Positions 1-12,000 of a stretch of DNA of 64,000 nucleotides are shown piece by piece. The notes below the pieces were generated by a model. The model ran no database searches and was not told the DNA's origin. It worked only from the letters and a program-made list of their open reading frames with translations. The position numbers were made by a program, and so were the translations under genes. This stretch comes from Macrostomum lignano (taxonomy: Eukaryota): assembly GCA_002269645.1 (NCBI GenBank), contig NIVC01002418.1:62001-126000 (forward strand), in the 5' to 3' direction. Within the stretch, counting starts at the first letter, position 1; every line of letters starts with the position of its first letter.

Positions 1-548
1 ATTGGCAGGTCATCGGAAGGTTGAGCAACTGCTTGCCATTGTGAATGGAAGGACGCGGAATAAACCGTGGCCTTGAGAGTACTCTCTGGTTGGTTGGTTG
101 GTTGGTGGAAAAATAAGGACATGTCATATGCATGAACCTTCAGTTCAGCGTTGGGAAAAGGACGTGAGCGGTTCGGAGGCGAAAGGTAAAGAAGAAAAAA
201 ACAACTCCCAAGATTAGAATGACAAAAAGAATGAAGTAAGCGCTTCACCAAGTTAGTAAAATCAGCTGTTTTGCGACCGCCCCTCCATTTTCTCTCTCTC
301 TCTACCAGGCCTTTTCAATAATAGCAGGTTCGCCTTGCGAGATCGCCCATGGCGCCCTGTGCTGTGGAAGAGGAAGGGGGGTTGACGAACCGGTCAGCTG
401 ACTCTGAAAACAGCCAACCCCGCACACTGTACTGAAAGAGAAGAGGGGGCTGGGTTAATTGCGAGAGCGTAAAGCCCACCCCACTCCCCACGCTGCGGAG
501 AACTTGGATAGATAAGGGGGACGGCTGTTAGAGAGAGGGTGGCCGTTG

Positions 549-626
549 ATTGGGCACAGGGAGAGACAGCCACCCCGCCCCTAGAGCGATTTTGAGGGGT
601 TCGGGGGGTCTGGATCTATCTATAAA
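549..626 (+). promoter_or_regulatory. Putative core promoter of the cyclin G-like gene (reverse CCAAT, GC box, TATA)
   Basis: ATTGG 549-553, CCCCGCCCC 573-581 and TATAAA 621-626 in canonical order about 320 bp upstream of the first ATG. Motif match only. Confidence 0.4.
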
Positions 627-938
627 GAGCGCGAGGGCTCTCATTTTATTGAATGTAGGACTGCTTGCAAGTTTATTACCCAAACGGTCCATTCCGCTAA
701 TAGTTTAAGTCCCTAGATTAACCTTTTTAAGATCTTATCATAATTTATTTTAGTTTTACGTTATAGCTGGTCATTATTACGCTTTTTACGCTTCTCTTTG
801 TATTTAGTTTGTAAAGATTTGACTGTCGCCTTTGCACTATTATTTTGTTTACTTGTAGCTCAAGCCTTTATTTAATACAGTGCTAGCTTGAATTCAATAA
901 ACGATTATATTTAATTAGACATACTCGGAATCTGAATT

Positions 939-3900
939 ATGGTACACAACATGTCCGACAGTCGTAGAAAACGCAGAAAGAGCAGCAAGAAATTCTCTTA
1001 CAGTGGCAGTTACTCTGCTTCAAGCGAGGAACTGGCCAATATTAATAATAGCAACATTAGCAACAAGGTGCAGATTCGAGAGCAGGTGAGTTTGTCAACT
1101 GATTAAAATCTAGTAGTGATTAATTCAATGATAAATGTCCAAAGAAAGTACCAAAGTACCAAAGACCAAATTTTAACTATTTAACTCTGCAGACCGAAGT
1201 CCATTCCGTGACGCAGCTTCAGCAGGTTTCCCCGCCGCCACCGCCGCCGCCTCGGTCTCTGCTGCCCGACGGCCTCGAAGAGGGCATCTATCGACTGCTG
1301 GATGCCGAGATGGTGTACCATCCGAGAACAGATTGCCTGCTGAATAATACGGTGAGATCAGTGGGGTCCAGTGCATTCGGTGGCTTAGCCCCCGAGGGGG
1401 GGGGGGAGGTCAAGGGGGTCTGGGTAACTCTGGGTAAACGGCAGTAGTAACTCTAACTGTCTTATTAAGGCTAAATGCCTCGTCAGCTAACTAGTGCCTT
1501 GTCTTTTTTCTGGTGGGCATTTTTGCGACTTACATTGCCAGTTACCTTACCTGGGCCCCTTGCCAGCCGGCCGGATTGGCCGGATCGGCTGGGTGTTGCG
1601 CATGTATGTCTACATGTATTCAAAATTTTCAAATGAACGATATTGTGTATCATTTTGTTCTTTCGTTACTTAATCAGTTATAGTATGAATATAAACAAAT
1701 GTATCGCTTCAAATAACTCTTAGACAAACCGCACGACGTCATAAATCTTTGTAAAAAAACGATTAACATTCGATTATAAAAAATTAATTTGTTTCTGTTT
1801 TGAGGGGAAGTACTTTCAAAATTTGCTATGCAGCTACTGTCAGTAGGCTAAGCGCGAATTTTGCCATTATTTTTGTTGAAAAATGCTAATAAGACAATTC
1901 AACATTTTCACCTGAAGGTCTGCGGCGACGACAAGGTGAACGCCGGCCTACGCGACGAGGCCATGTTCAGCCTTCGTTTCCTGCACAAACTTCACAACCT
2001 GGCTCCTGAGTGCTTCGCCCACGCTGTCAACATTACCGATAGATTTTTGGCCAGGGTCAAGGTTAAAGCCAAGTACATGTCTTGCCTGGCAACCGCGGCC
2101 TACCTGATCGCGGCCAGGATGATCGAGGAGCCCGAGGTGAGCTTTAGAAATCTGACTGTGACCTTGGTGACCTTGTCAGGATTGACGAATTGTAATTTTT
2201 ATTAGAGATTTCTAGCCAGTGCTGTCCATGCACCTACATGTACGACTTGTACCTAAATTAGGCAACCGCTGGCATGCATGTAGACTTGTACTTCACTGAG
2301 TATCACTGACATTCTTTCATGATTAGACACTCCGACATACCTACATCAGACACCCTGAGATACCTACATCAGACACCCTGAGATACCTACATCAGACACC
2401 CTGAGATACCTACATCAGACACCCTGAGATACCTACATCAGACACCCTGAGATACCTACATCAGACACCTTGACATACCTACATCAGACACCTGACATAA
2501 CTACATCAGACATCCTGACATACCAACATCAGACACCCTGACATAACTACATCAGACACCCTGACATACCTACATAAGACACCCTGACATACCTACATCA
2601 GACACCCTGACATACCTACATCAGACATCCTGACATACCAACATCAGACACCCTGACATACCTACATCAGACACCCTGACATACCTACATCAGACACCGT
2701 TACAGCTATATTACCTGAATCGAACACCCCACTCCTTCTCAGTGCCGTAGGTAGGAAGCCAATTGTTACCCAAACAGCTGTCAGTCCAAAGTAACCCATC
2801 AATCCCCATCCCCAGAACCAGCCCTCGCCAGAGAAACTGGTCCGCATCGCCCGGTGCGGCGGCTCGCCCACTGACCTGGAGCGCATGGCGGCCATCATTC
2901 GGGTGAAGCTGCGCCCGACTGCCGCCTGCGACCCAGCCGGCATCGAGAAGCCGCAGCAGCAGCAGGAGGCCGGCCGGCTGGAGAACGCCATCACTCCGCT
3001 GCACTTCCTGTCTCTGCTGGCGCCCCTGTTCAACAGTAGGGAGCAGTTTCAGCGGGCAGTCGGCGACCTGGAGACTGCCCTGTGCTCGGTGACCATCTAC
3101 AGCTGCAGGCCCGCGCTGCTGGCGCTGTGCGTAGCTCGGCGGCACCTTCTGGCTTCAGATGCTGTCGGCGCCGCTCACGGCTGCTCCATGCAGGCTGTGC
3201 TTGATGCAGCTGCCCAGCTCATGCAGGTGAGGGCCTGTGTGCTCTGCGGCTATTCTCTTACTCTGTGTGCTCTGCGGCTATTCTCTTACTCTGTGTGTGC
3301 TCTGCGGCTATTCTCTTACTCTGTGTGTGCTCTGCGGCTATTCTCTTACTCTGTGTGTGCTCTGCGGCTATTCTCTTACTCTGTGTGTGCTCTGCGGCTA
3401 TTCTCTTACTCTGTGTGTGCTCTGCGGCTATTCTCTTACTCTGTGTGTGCTCTGCGGCTATTCTCTTACTCTGTGTGTGCTCTGCGGCTATTCTCTTACT
3501 CTGTGTGTGCTCTGCGGCTATTCTCTTCCTCTGTGTGTGCTCTGCGGCTATTCTCCGCTTGCTGCTATTTGCTTTAACCAAGTCATGCACAGGAAACTCA
3601 CTGCCACCCCCACTGCCTCCCCCTGATGCAGCTGAGTCAGGCAGACCTGGCCTCTTGCGACGCCTTAATCGCCAGGGAGACGCAGCGGGTTTGCAGTCGC
3701 CGGGGCAGGCGGTCTCCGCCGCAGCGGCAACTGCTGACCGCCTGCACCTGGTCCGCTGCGCACAGCCTGCGCGCCAAGATACAGAAGCTGCAAAAGCAGC
3801 GGCAGCCGCAAAAACAGCAACATCAGGTGACTTGCCTCCCAGACTCTCCCGGCTGCCCAGCCTTGGGCACCATCTGCGAGGAGCGGCCGGGCCGGGCTGA

Positions 3901-3961
3901 CGAAGACGACAGCGACCAGGTGCAAGGTCTGCTGGACATCTACCAGCTGTTCGCTGCCTGA
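939..3961 (+). CDS. CCNG: Cyclin G-like protein (cyclin G/I family), 5 coding exons, ~421 aa
   Basis: Exons 939-1085 (or ATG 951), 1193-1351, 1918-2136, 2816-3226, 3632-3961; all GT-AG, phase 0, ending in TGA. Cyclin box LRDEAMFSL..AVNITDRFLARVKVKAKYMSC..LIAARMIEE and CGGSPTDLERMAAIIRVKL resemble cyclin G2. Confidence 0.85.
1432..1608 (+). mobile_element. Right half of a CATACATGCGCAAC-family MITE carrying a degenerate 28S rRNA segment (cyclin intron 2)
   Basis: 1432-1495 is 28S-like (GGGTAAACGGCAGTAGTAACT..AAATGCCTCGTCAGCTAACTAGT), followed by a right arm similar to 55740-55830 ending in the TIR GTTGCGCATGTATG (1595-1608). No left TIR seen. Confidence 0.8.
2325..2698. repeat. 23-bp minisatellite (CAGACACCCTGAGATACCTACAT) in cyclin intron 3
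   Basis: About 16 tandem units visible. Confidence 0.95.
3233..3556. repeat. 30-bp minisatellite (CTGTGTGTGCTCTGCGGCTATTCTCTTACT) in cyclin intron 4
   Basis: About 10.5 near-identical units starting a few nt after the donor site; explains overlapping ORFs at 3237-3900. Confidence 0.95.
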
Positions 3962-5147
3962 TGAATGCAGCCTTGAACTAATCGCTTGCCCCAATTGTTA
4001 TCTAGTTTATCCCAGAATCTCTTCCTAGCGACATCGGCTTTCTGATTAATTTCATTTTTTCTCTCTGGCACTCTTTTTAAGCTAGTCTGTCTGTCTGAGA
4101 AAGAGAGTCAGAATTTGAGCAAACACATTTTGAACGCTTTCAGCATAGCAACAAGCTTCCTTAGCAACCGGTATGTTGTTGTTGTTTTTGTTATTTATCA
4201 TTTCGTAGCAAAGAGTCATCCATTTGCCCATTGTGAGCTGTGTACATAGCACCCATCGCACACTCCGGTACAGACTGACTGGTCTTTGTTTTTTTCACAC
4301 GCTCTGTCGAACCCGGTTTCGACTGATTTGCTTGTTTGCTTGAATTTCTGCATACGCAACGGCATCCGTTGTCCTGCTTTTTCGAGTCTTTGCTATCGTT
4401 TTTACCGATGTGTATTACTATTATCATTATTATTACTATTTTGTGAGTATAAATGCCCTTCTCTTGCTTAATATGCTTTTCCAAGTCTTTGTATTTATTC
4501 AAAATTACATTTATTTTTTTATATTCAAGGTCAGCCCAATATGCTTGCTGATTAAAAAAGTTTAATGTGCATTTAATAATGAACAAATTTCACCTGCAAC
4601 AGTTCGCTGTGAGCAGGTCAATCTAATCTGTATTTTGTTTAACTCAGTGCTAAGTTGTTCATATATATATATATTGTTTTCTTAACTATCAACATATTTC
4701 TCGGAGATCAACCTGTCACAACACTGACTCGATCAGCCATCAATCAATCACACGTTTACCTTTGCCTGCGTTAATTTTTGTTTTCATGTGCAGCTTTTCT
4801 TTGTGTGCAATCTGATTTTGTTACAAAAGCCACCCTAACACGCTCGATCTTTCCTGTGTACATGCCATTGCCGCTGAGTGTTGTGTGTCCGGCTGCCTGT
4901 CTGCCCGAGTTTTGCTTGCTTCTGTCTGTCGCTGTATTTTTGCACTAATCTTCTCACTGCTCCTTCACTTGCTGAATGAGACCGAGAAATGGAGTTATCG
5001 CTGCCAAGCCCAGTGAAAGTTTTTCTGCAGCTCATTTTCTATGTGACTAAATAAATATTTCCGTTAATAGTGATACACTCTGCTTTTAGTATTACAGAAA
5101 TAACCAGCTTCTTTGTTGGTCTGTGCTTTTCTTCAGTGAATGTGGAC

Positions 5148-5785
5148 AGGCATTTCAGACACAAACCAATAAACAGGCATATAAGACACAAACCAACGGA
5201 CAGGCATTTCAGACACAAACCAATAAACAGGCATATAAGACACAAACCAATGGACAGGCATTTCAGACACAAACCAATGGACAGGCATTTCAGACACAAA
5301 CCAATAAACAGGCATATAAGACACAAACCAATGGACAGGTATTTCAGACACAAACCAATAAACAGGCATATAAGACACAAACCAATGGACAGGCATTTCA
5401 GACACAAACCAATAAACAGGCATATAAGACACAAACCAACGGACAGGTATTTCAGACACAAACCAATGGACAGGCATGCAGACACAAACCAATAAACAGG
5501 CATATCAGACACAAACCAATGGACAGGCATGCAGACACAAACCAATGGACAGGTATTTCAGACACAAACCAATGGACAGGCATGCAGACACAAACCAATA
5601 AACAGGCATATCAGACACAAACCAATGGACAGGCATGCAGACACAAACCAATAAACAGGCATATCAGACACAAACCAATAAACAGGCATATCAGACACAA
5701 ACCAATGGACAGGCATGCAGACACAAACCAATAAACAGGCATTTCAGACACAAACCAATGAACAGGCATGCAGACACAAACCAAT
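5148..5785. repeat. 27-bp minisatellite (ACAGGCATTTCAGACACAAACCAATGG variants)
   Basis: Tandem units with alternating variants. Confidence 0.95.
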
Positions 5786-5796
5786 GTGAACTTGTA

Positions 5797-6047
5797 GAAC
5801 AGATGGACACAGATAAGTCAAAAGTGCAGGCACAGAACAGACAAGCATAGATGGACACAGATAAGCCAAAAGTGCAGGCACAGAACAGACAAGCATGGAT
5901 GGACACAGATAAGCCAAAAGTGCAGGCACAGAACAGACAAGCATGGATGGACACAGATAAGCCAAAAGTGCAGGCACAGAACAGACAAGCATAGATGGAC
6001 ACAGATAAGCCAAAAGTGCAGGCACAGAACAGACAAGCATGGATAGA
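5797..6047. repeat. 48-bp minisatellite
   Basis: About 5 units of AGATGGACACAGATAAGCCAAAAGTGCAGGCACAGAACAGACAAGCAT. Confidence 0.95.
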
Positions 6048-6767
6048 CACCATACACCAACCATGCCATCAAGAATGCAAACACAGTTCAGAGAAAAAGA
6101 CACAAACTGAAAAAGACGCAAGCATTCATAATTTTTGCCAAGAATCGAGGCCAATAATATATTTACTGCAGTCACGGTGTCTTCCTCTGGAAGCAGAAGT
6201 TTATTCATGCACTTTTACTGGACAAGGCTGGCTCAGAGTCTGCCTGCCAATTTAAACAGCAGCTGGCCTCAGCCAAACAGGATCTTTTGTGTTGACTGGG
6301 CTAGAGTGGAGCTGCACTAATACCCCCATATAATAGTGCACGCGCACCAATGCAATTGCCCATGCAGACTGCACTACATTGCACTAAAGCCTTTTTGCAT
6401 TTCCAGTGGTTATGAACCCCCCCCCCCCCCCCGGCCCCCAGCGAATCTAATATTAAAGTCTACGTCTATCTGCACGATTTTTCTATTAGTGAATAAAGGA
6501 TTGTTGTAAAAGGCCACTTTCACTCAAAATATTTTACATGTACTTTTTTATTTTCTTTGTTGCATTTTACATGCAACATTCTATATCACCTCTCAATGCA
6601 TATAATGATCTAGTCTCCTTTATCCCTTTTATTACGAGCTAGTCTTTCTCCTCACTGATCTCCGCCTACCCATTTGTCCTTGATCCTTCTTCCCACTTCT
6701 CCACCTCTTCCTGTTCCCTTCTGTCCTTTAATCTTCTTTTCTTCTCTCCCCCTTTCCCTTCCTTTTT

Positions 6768-6903
6768 CCATACCCCTCTTCCCCTTCCATACCTTCTTCC
6801 CCTTACATACCCCTCTTCCCCTTCCATACCCTCTTCCCCTTCCATACCCTCTTCCCCTTCCATACCCTCTTCCCCTTCCATACCCCTCTTCCCTACCCCT
6901 TCC
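6768..6903. repeat. 18-bp polypyrimidine minisatellite (CCCTCTTCCCCTTCCATA)
   Basis: About 7 tandem units. Confidence 0.9.
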
Positions 6904-8667
6904 CTTTAAGAGTTTCAGAACTCCTAAAACTCTTGTCTCAAACACATTCGTATCAATTTAATTAACTAGCTTATATCGCGCATGCATAGTACCTGGTAGA
7001 GTTATGGTTAGGAAGGGAATGGCAATAAGCCACAGTGAGGTGTAGTCTGTAAACAGGCCGTCAAACCCACGTGTTCAGTGCTGCGTGTCCCAGACCACTT
7101 TATCTCTTCAGTTCAAAATCCGAAACGATTGGTTTACCCTCCTCCCCCAGTCCGCGTTCAAACTGCAGAAGTTCACATCGCGTCGCCCCACCCAAATCCC
7201 CATGTTTTCTGTCTAAGAGTATCTCGATTAATGGCGGACAGGCGGGGGCATTAGTGCGCCTGCACTTTGCAATAGTGCACAGAGGCACACTAAGTGAATT
7301 AATCAGCATTCGATGGCTGATGGCAGCCTGATAGACTGTCTGCCTGCCTCCAAATAGAAGCTCCTTAGACTGGATTGAACACAAGATTGGCGATGCACTT
7401 TTGCGGCTGTCCAGGCATTTCTGTATGAGTTGGAATTGCATTTGCATACGAACTCGAAGTCGGAACCAATGCCTCTAAAGAAGTTCATTAGATGTGGAAT
7501 ATTTTAGAAAACAAAGACAGACAGACGGAGGACTTAAATTAATTGGAATGAATGAGTGATCTTGCATTTTAAATTTATTTTTTATTTATGAAGCCAGATG
7601 TGACTGACTGTCTCACACAGCAGCTCCATTAGAACACTGCGCATAAGGCAACTTCATCAAGTGACGCTGGATGCTAAGCAAACCACTACAAGCTTAATTA
7701 ACGGTGATAATGATAACAAAGTAAATTTGAATAATCACTAAAATAATGTTTTGAGCGCGACAATTGCTAACAGACTAAAATATTGCACATTCACGTGTCC
7801 GCATGGATTGAGCAATTTGCAGATAAACTAAAAAAAACTAAAAAAATCTAATTAGACTACTCGAATCTGCGAAAAATGAGTAACAGATAACGGGAATCAT
7901 GGACAAAAAGGGCGAAATACTTTTGCAACGATTTAGGAGTTTAGAAAATTCTAAAAAATACTAAAGATGTTACTGAAAGTAGAGAATTAAGAAACAGATA
8001 TTTTCCAAATATAATAAATCCCTAAGGTTTGTATGCTTGTTTAATTACTAAATCTGACCTCATAGCAAAAATTTTGAAAACAAAAATACGAGGTTTACAG
8101 AGAAGAAAAAGATAAATGCTAAAAATTGGGCACAAAACTCTTATATCTAAATATACTAAATTTAGCACAGATACATTGCTCGACAGAAAGGGCGGGGGAC
8201 CTGTGTGTATTGCCACACATGTATTACCAGGGACTAATCAAGAAATAAGGGACCAAAGGTTATACCAAAAAATACATTACGGAGATAGGAGATTTTCAGT
8301 CTTTGGAGGCAGACCCAATGTTCACTAATTCTGCGACAAATATCAATAGACAGTCACTCAGATACTGTCTGCTCTAGTCTACTCTATAATGCTCAGGTAA
8401 CATATGCGCAAAGTGCACTGGATGGGACTACAAACAGAAACAACTTCAATATGCATTCTTATAACTTTATAAGTAAATAATGACCTAAGCAGTATTCTTC
8501 GATACATATCGGCAAAATTAAAATAGTAATAAAAAAATTGCCTGCAGTAAAAAGCAGGGAAATTTCTGAAAAACGGCACAGGCGCGGTGGGGAATACGAG
8601 CAAATTGACAACACCTGATTTTCTCTTGATAAAAACCCTAACTTTCAGTCACGGCTGCTTTGGCTAC

Positions 8668-8913
8668 TCAGTCCAGGCCGTCCACGAACTGTCTGAGCCG
8701 GTCCAGGACCGCGTCGAAGCCGTCCCGGCCCCGGTAGTCCGCCTCGCCCCGCTCCCAGGCCAGCCGCTGCTCCCGGTCTGCGCGGCTGCTGCCCACCGAA
8801 GCTGAGGCCTGCGGCTGTGTGCGAGATTTGTGAGGGAGGCCGCAGTGAGACTTCATCGTCTGCTTTGGCTGGGGCGGCGGTGAGTGGGGAAAGTATAGAG
8901 GGAGACGGCTGGG

Positions 8914-8956
<43 letters not shown>

Positions 8957-9018
8957 GCAGACAGGCAGACAGACAGACAGACAGACAGACAGGCAGACAC
9001 TAAGACAGACAGGCAGGC

Positions 9019-9083
<65 letters not shown>

Positions 9084-12000
9084 GGCAGACATTAAGACAG
9101 ACAGACAGACAGACAGACAGGCAGACAGACAGACAGGCACAGACAGACAGACAGACAGACACTAAGACAGACAGGCAAACAGACAGACAGACAGGCAGAC
9201 ATTAAGACAGACAGACAGACAGACAGACAGGCAGACAGACAGACAGGCACAGGCAGACAGACGCAGACATGTGCAGGAGTGAGTCAGTAAGAGGTGACAC
9301 TACAGGTGCTAGCTACATAATAAAGATGAATTCAATTGAATTCGAGAAGAATCATTCGCTCAATCACAGCAGCAAAATGCGATAAGTGGTGCATGCGGTG
9401 AATCGCAAATATTTAAAATCTAAGATAAATTTTACTGGTTGGAAAATTCTAGAAAAATAGTTTTAGAATCAAAAACAGCAAAATAATTTTTATGAAAGAA
9501 ACTTGGTAATGGCAAAAAGCAATAAAATTTGAACTGCGAGCCAAACAAGAGCAAACAGAAAACACTTGAATAAGAAACTGTTTGATTGATGCGATAAAGA
9601 AACTTTTAGAAGAAAAACATTTACACCGCCAAAACAGATAAGAAGGTCAGACAGGCCAGATCTTGATTAATAAAAAGTGCAAAGTGTTTGACAAAAATAG
9701 AAGCAAGCTGTACTACGCGACAGCAGCACGTGGAAACAGCGTGCCTAAGCAATATTGGTGAAGACGGTTCAATTGAAGGTTGGCAAAACACGCCGTGAAA
9801 GAGAAACGTTTAATTTGGGCGACTCAACAGAGGTGAAACAGAATCAACATGCAGTGATAAAGTTGCATGCATAAATAATGGAATAAGGGGGACATGATAG
9901 AGACATGTGCCTGACTGCGAATGACGAAAAGTAGAGACTGACCTTTTGATAGCTGCGACAGCAGCATCTGACAGTGAAGATGGCCGGGAATGGCAGTGAA
10001 GATGGCCGGGAATGACAGTGAAGATGGCCGGGAATGACAGTGAATATGGCCGGGAATGACAGTGAAGATGGCCGGGAATGACAGTGAATATGGCCGGGAA
10101 TGACAGTGAATATGGCCGGGAATGACAGTGAATATGGCCGGGAATGGCAGTGAATATGGCCGGGAATGACAGTGAAGATGGCCGGGAATGACAGTGAATA
10201 TGGCCGGGAATGACAGTGAATATGGCCGGGAATGGCAGTGAATATGGCCGGGAATGACAGTGAAGATGGCCGGGAATGACAGTGAAGATGGCCGGGAATG
10301 ACAGTGAAGATGGCCGGGAATGACAGTGAAGATGGCCGGGAATGACCACAGTGAATATGGCAAGAGGTAGCACTGAAAAAGAGACAGTGGACACAACGTC
10401 AAGACAAATACCCCTGGAACAGAGCTAAAAGCAAGCCGACATATATAAACACATAAACACACAACACAGAAGCCGAGTCAGGAAGCCAAAGCAGAAGACA
10501 TGAAAGGTATCTAGGCCCCTCCAATGAATGAAACAAACAGCGAGATAGTAGCTATAGATTCCAAATATGCATCATTACTGCACTGTGCCATCCTCCCGCC
10601 TTGATCAAGATAAGCGCTGTATGCAAACTTTTATTGAGTCATAAGTTCGGTCTTATTTTGCTCTACAACTCATGTCGGTATACTTCAATACAGATACTCT
10701 GCGCTCCTTGTCTCCGCGTTATAACTGATAAGCGCGCGCATTACCTGCCTACTCAAAATAGTGTTTGCGCGCAGGAAGTGGCGTAAGTGCCGAAAGACTG
10801 CACATCAAGGCGACAGGTGTCGTGAATCGTGAAAAATTGCAAAGCTACCCGGTCACAACAGCGGCAAAGCAGAGATATGAGATATGGCTAACTACAGACC
10901 ATAAAATCTTTCTAATTCGCTATAAAGACGGTCACTCTAGGCCTTGGAGTGTGTTCGGCGACGGAGTGACAGGCTCTCACCTGGTATACGGGGTTTCTCC
11001 CGGCTCAAGGGAAACCAGTGGTGCAAATGATCCCCCAGTTGCCTGCAGCGACCCTGCCTGAAGGGAAGTTTCCGCCGGAGGAGAGTGGTGTCTGAGGAGG
11101 CCGGACCTGGTCGATTAAAAGCGGTTTGGTGGAGCCAGACCGTGTAATAGAAAGTAGCTTCGCAGTCAGGACCACCCAAAATCACTCGCCCCTGAATCTT
11201 TGCCCCTACTGAGTAGTAGGAAAATGGTACGGTCTGGCCACGTCGCTGATTGGCTGGCCAATCAATAGCTTTGGTTGGCCAGCCAATCAGCGAGGGGGAG
11301 CCAATCAGCGAGGGGGAGCCAATCAGCGAGGGGGAGCCAATCAGCGAGGGGGAGCCAATCAGCGAGGGGGAGCCAATCAGCGATGAGGAGGCCCCGGAGG
11401 CGGGGGTGGGGGCAGGCCAGAGGTGGGGTGGGGCAAGCCTAGGGGTGGGGTCGGGAAGCCCAGAGATGGGGTCGAGCAGGCCGGATGAGGTTCGGGCAGC
11501 TGAGTGTCTGGGTGAATGTCACTTCCTGTCACTGTCCTGCCAAAGCAAAGTGTGGCAATTAGGCTCATCCTCCGGCCTCTCCAATATTCTGCAGATCTTT
11601 GTGACGCAGCCCAAAATAGCTCTGTGCTACGAAAAGGAGAAAAGGAGGAGGCAACAAAACTGGGCTCAAACAATGAAATCAGACAACAATAAAAAATCTA
11701 CGAGGTGCAATTAGTGCTCGCAAAGACTACTGGATCAATTTTGCCTCACTATTGATCTACTAAATTAGCGATTTAAATCATTTCATATTGCTGCAGTTAT
11801 TAGCGGACTAGAAGTGGATTTTGCTGCTAGAGCAGATTTTCCTTCACAAGCCACCTTGGAGTAGGAAAATTTTCCTTTGCTCCGTCGCGAAGGCATGGAC
11901 GAAGACGTGGAAGCTTTGTCAGCCACGGAGGCCAGCCGATGCTTGAGCGACCGTCTGGTCAGCTGCTGATGCGCCAGCTGCTGACTTTCTGCAGCAGCAG

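Noticed and set aside
3237-6208. Long ORFs over tandem repeats (also 8668-10462, 13102-14386, 52484-53163)
   Set aside because: They are periodic translations of intronic or intergenic minisatellites, open in several frames at once.
10845-10875. Twister-like CCGGTCACAA..AAAGCAGAG
   Set aside because: No upstream UAA/P2 partner strand; pairings do not close.
10923-10933. TAAAGACGGTC resembling a recalled flatworm spliced-leader sequence
   Set aside because: Only 11 nt match; no ATG|GT leader end or Sm site follows.
11090-11125. Hammerhead-like CTGAGGA followed by a short stem
   Set aside because: The required GAAA after stem II is GATT, and no stems I/III or cleavage triplet were found.
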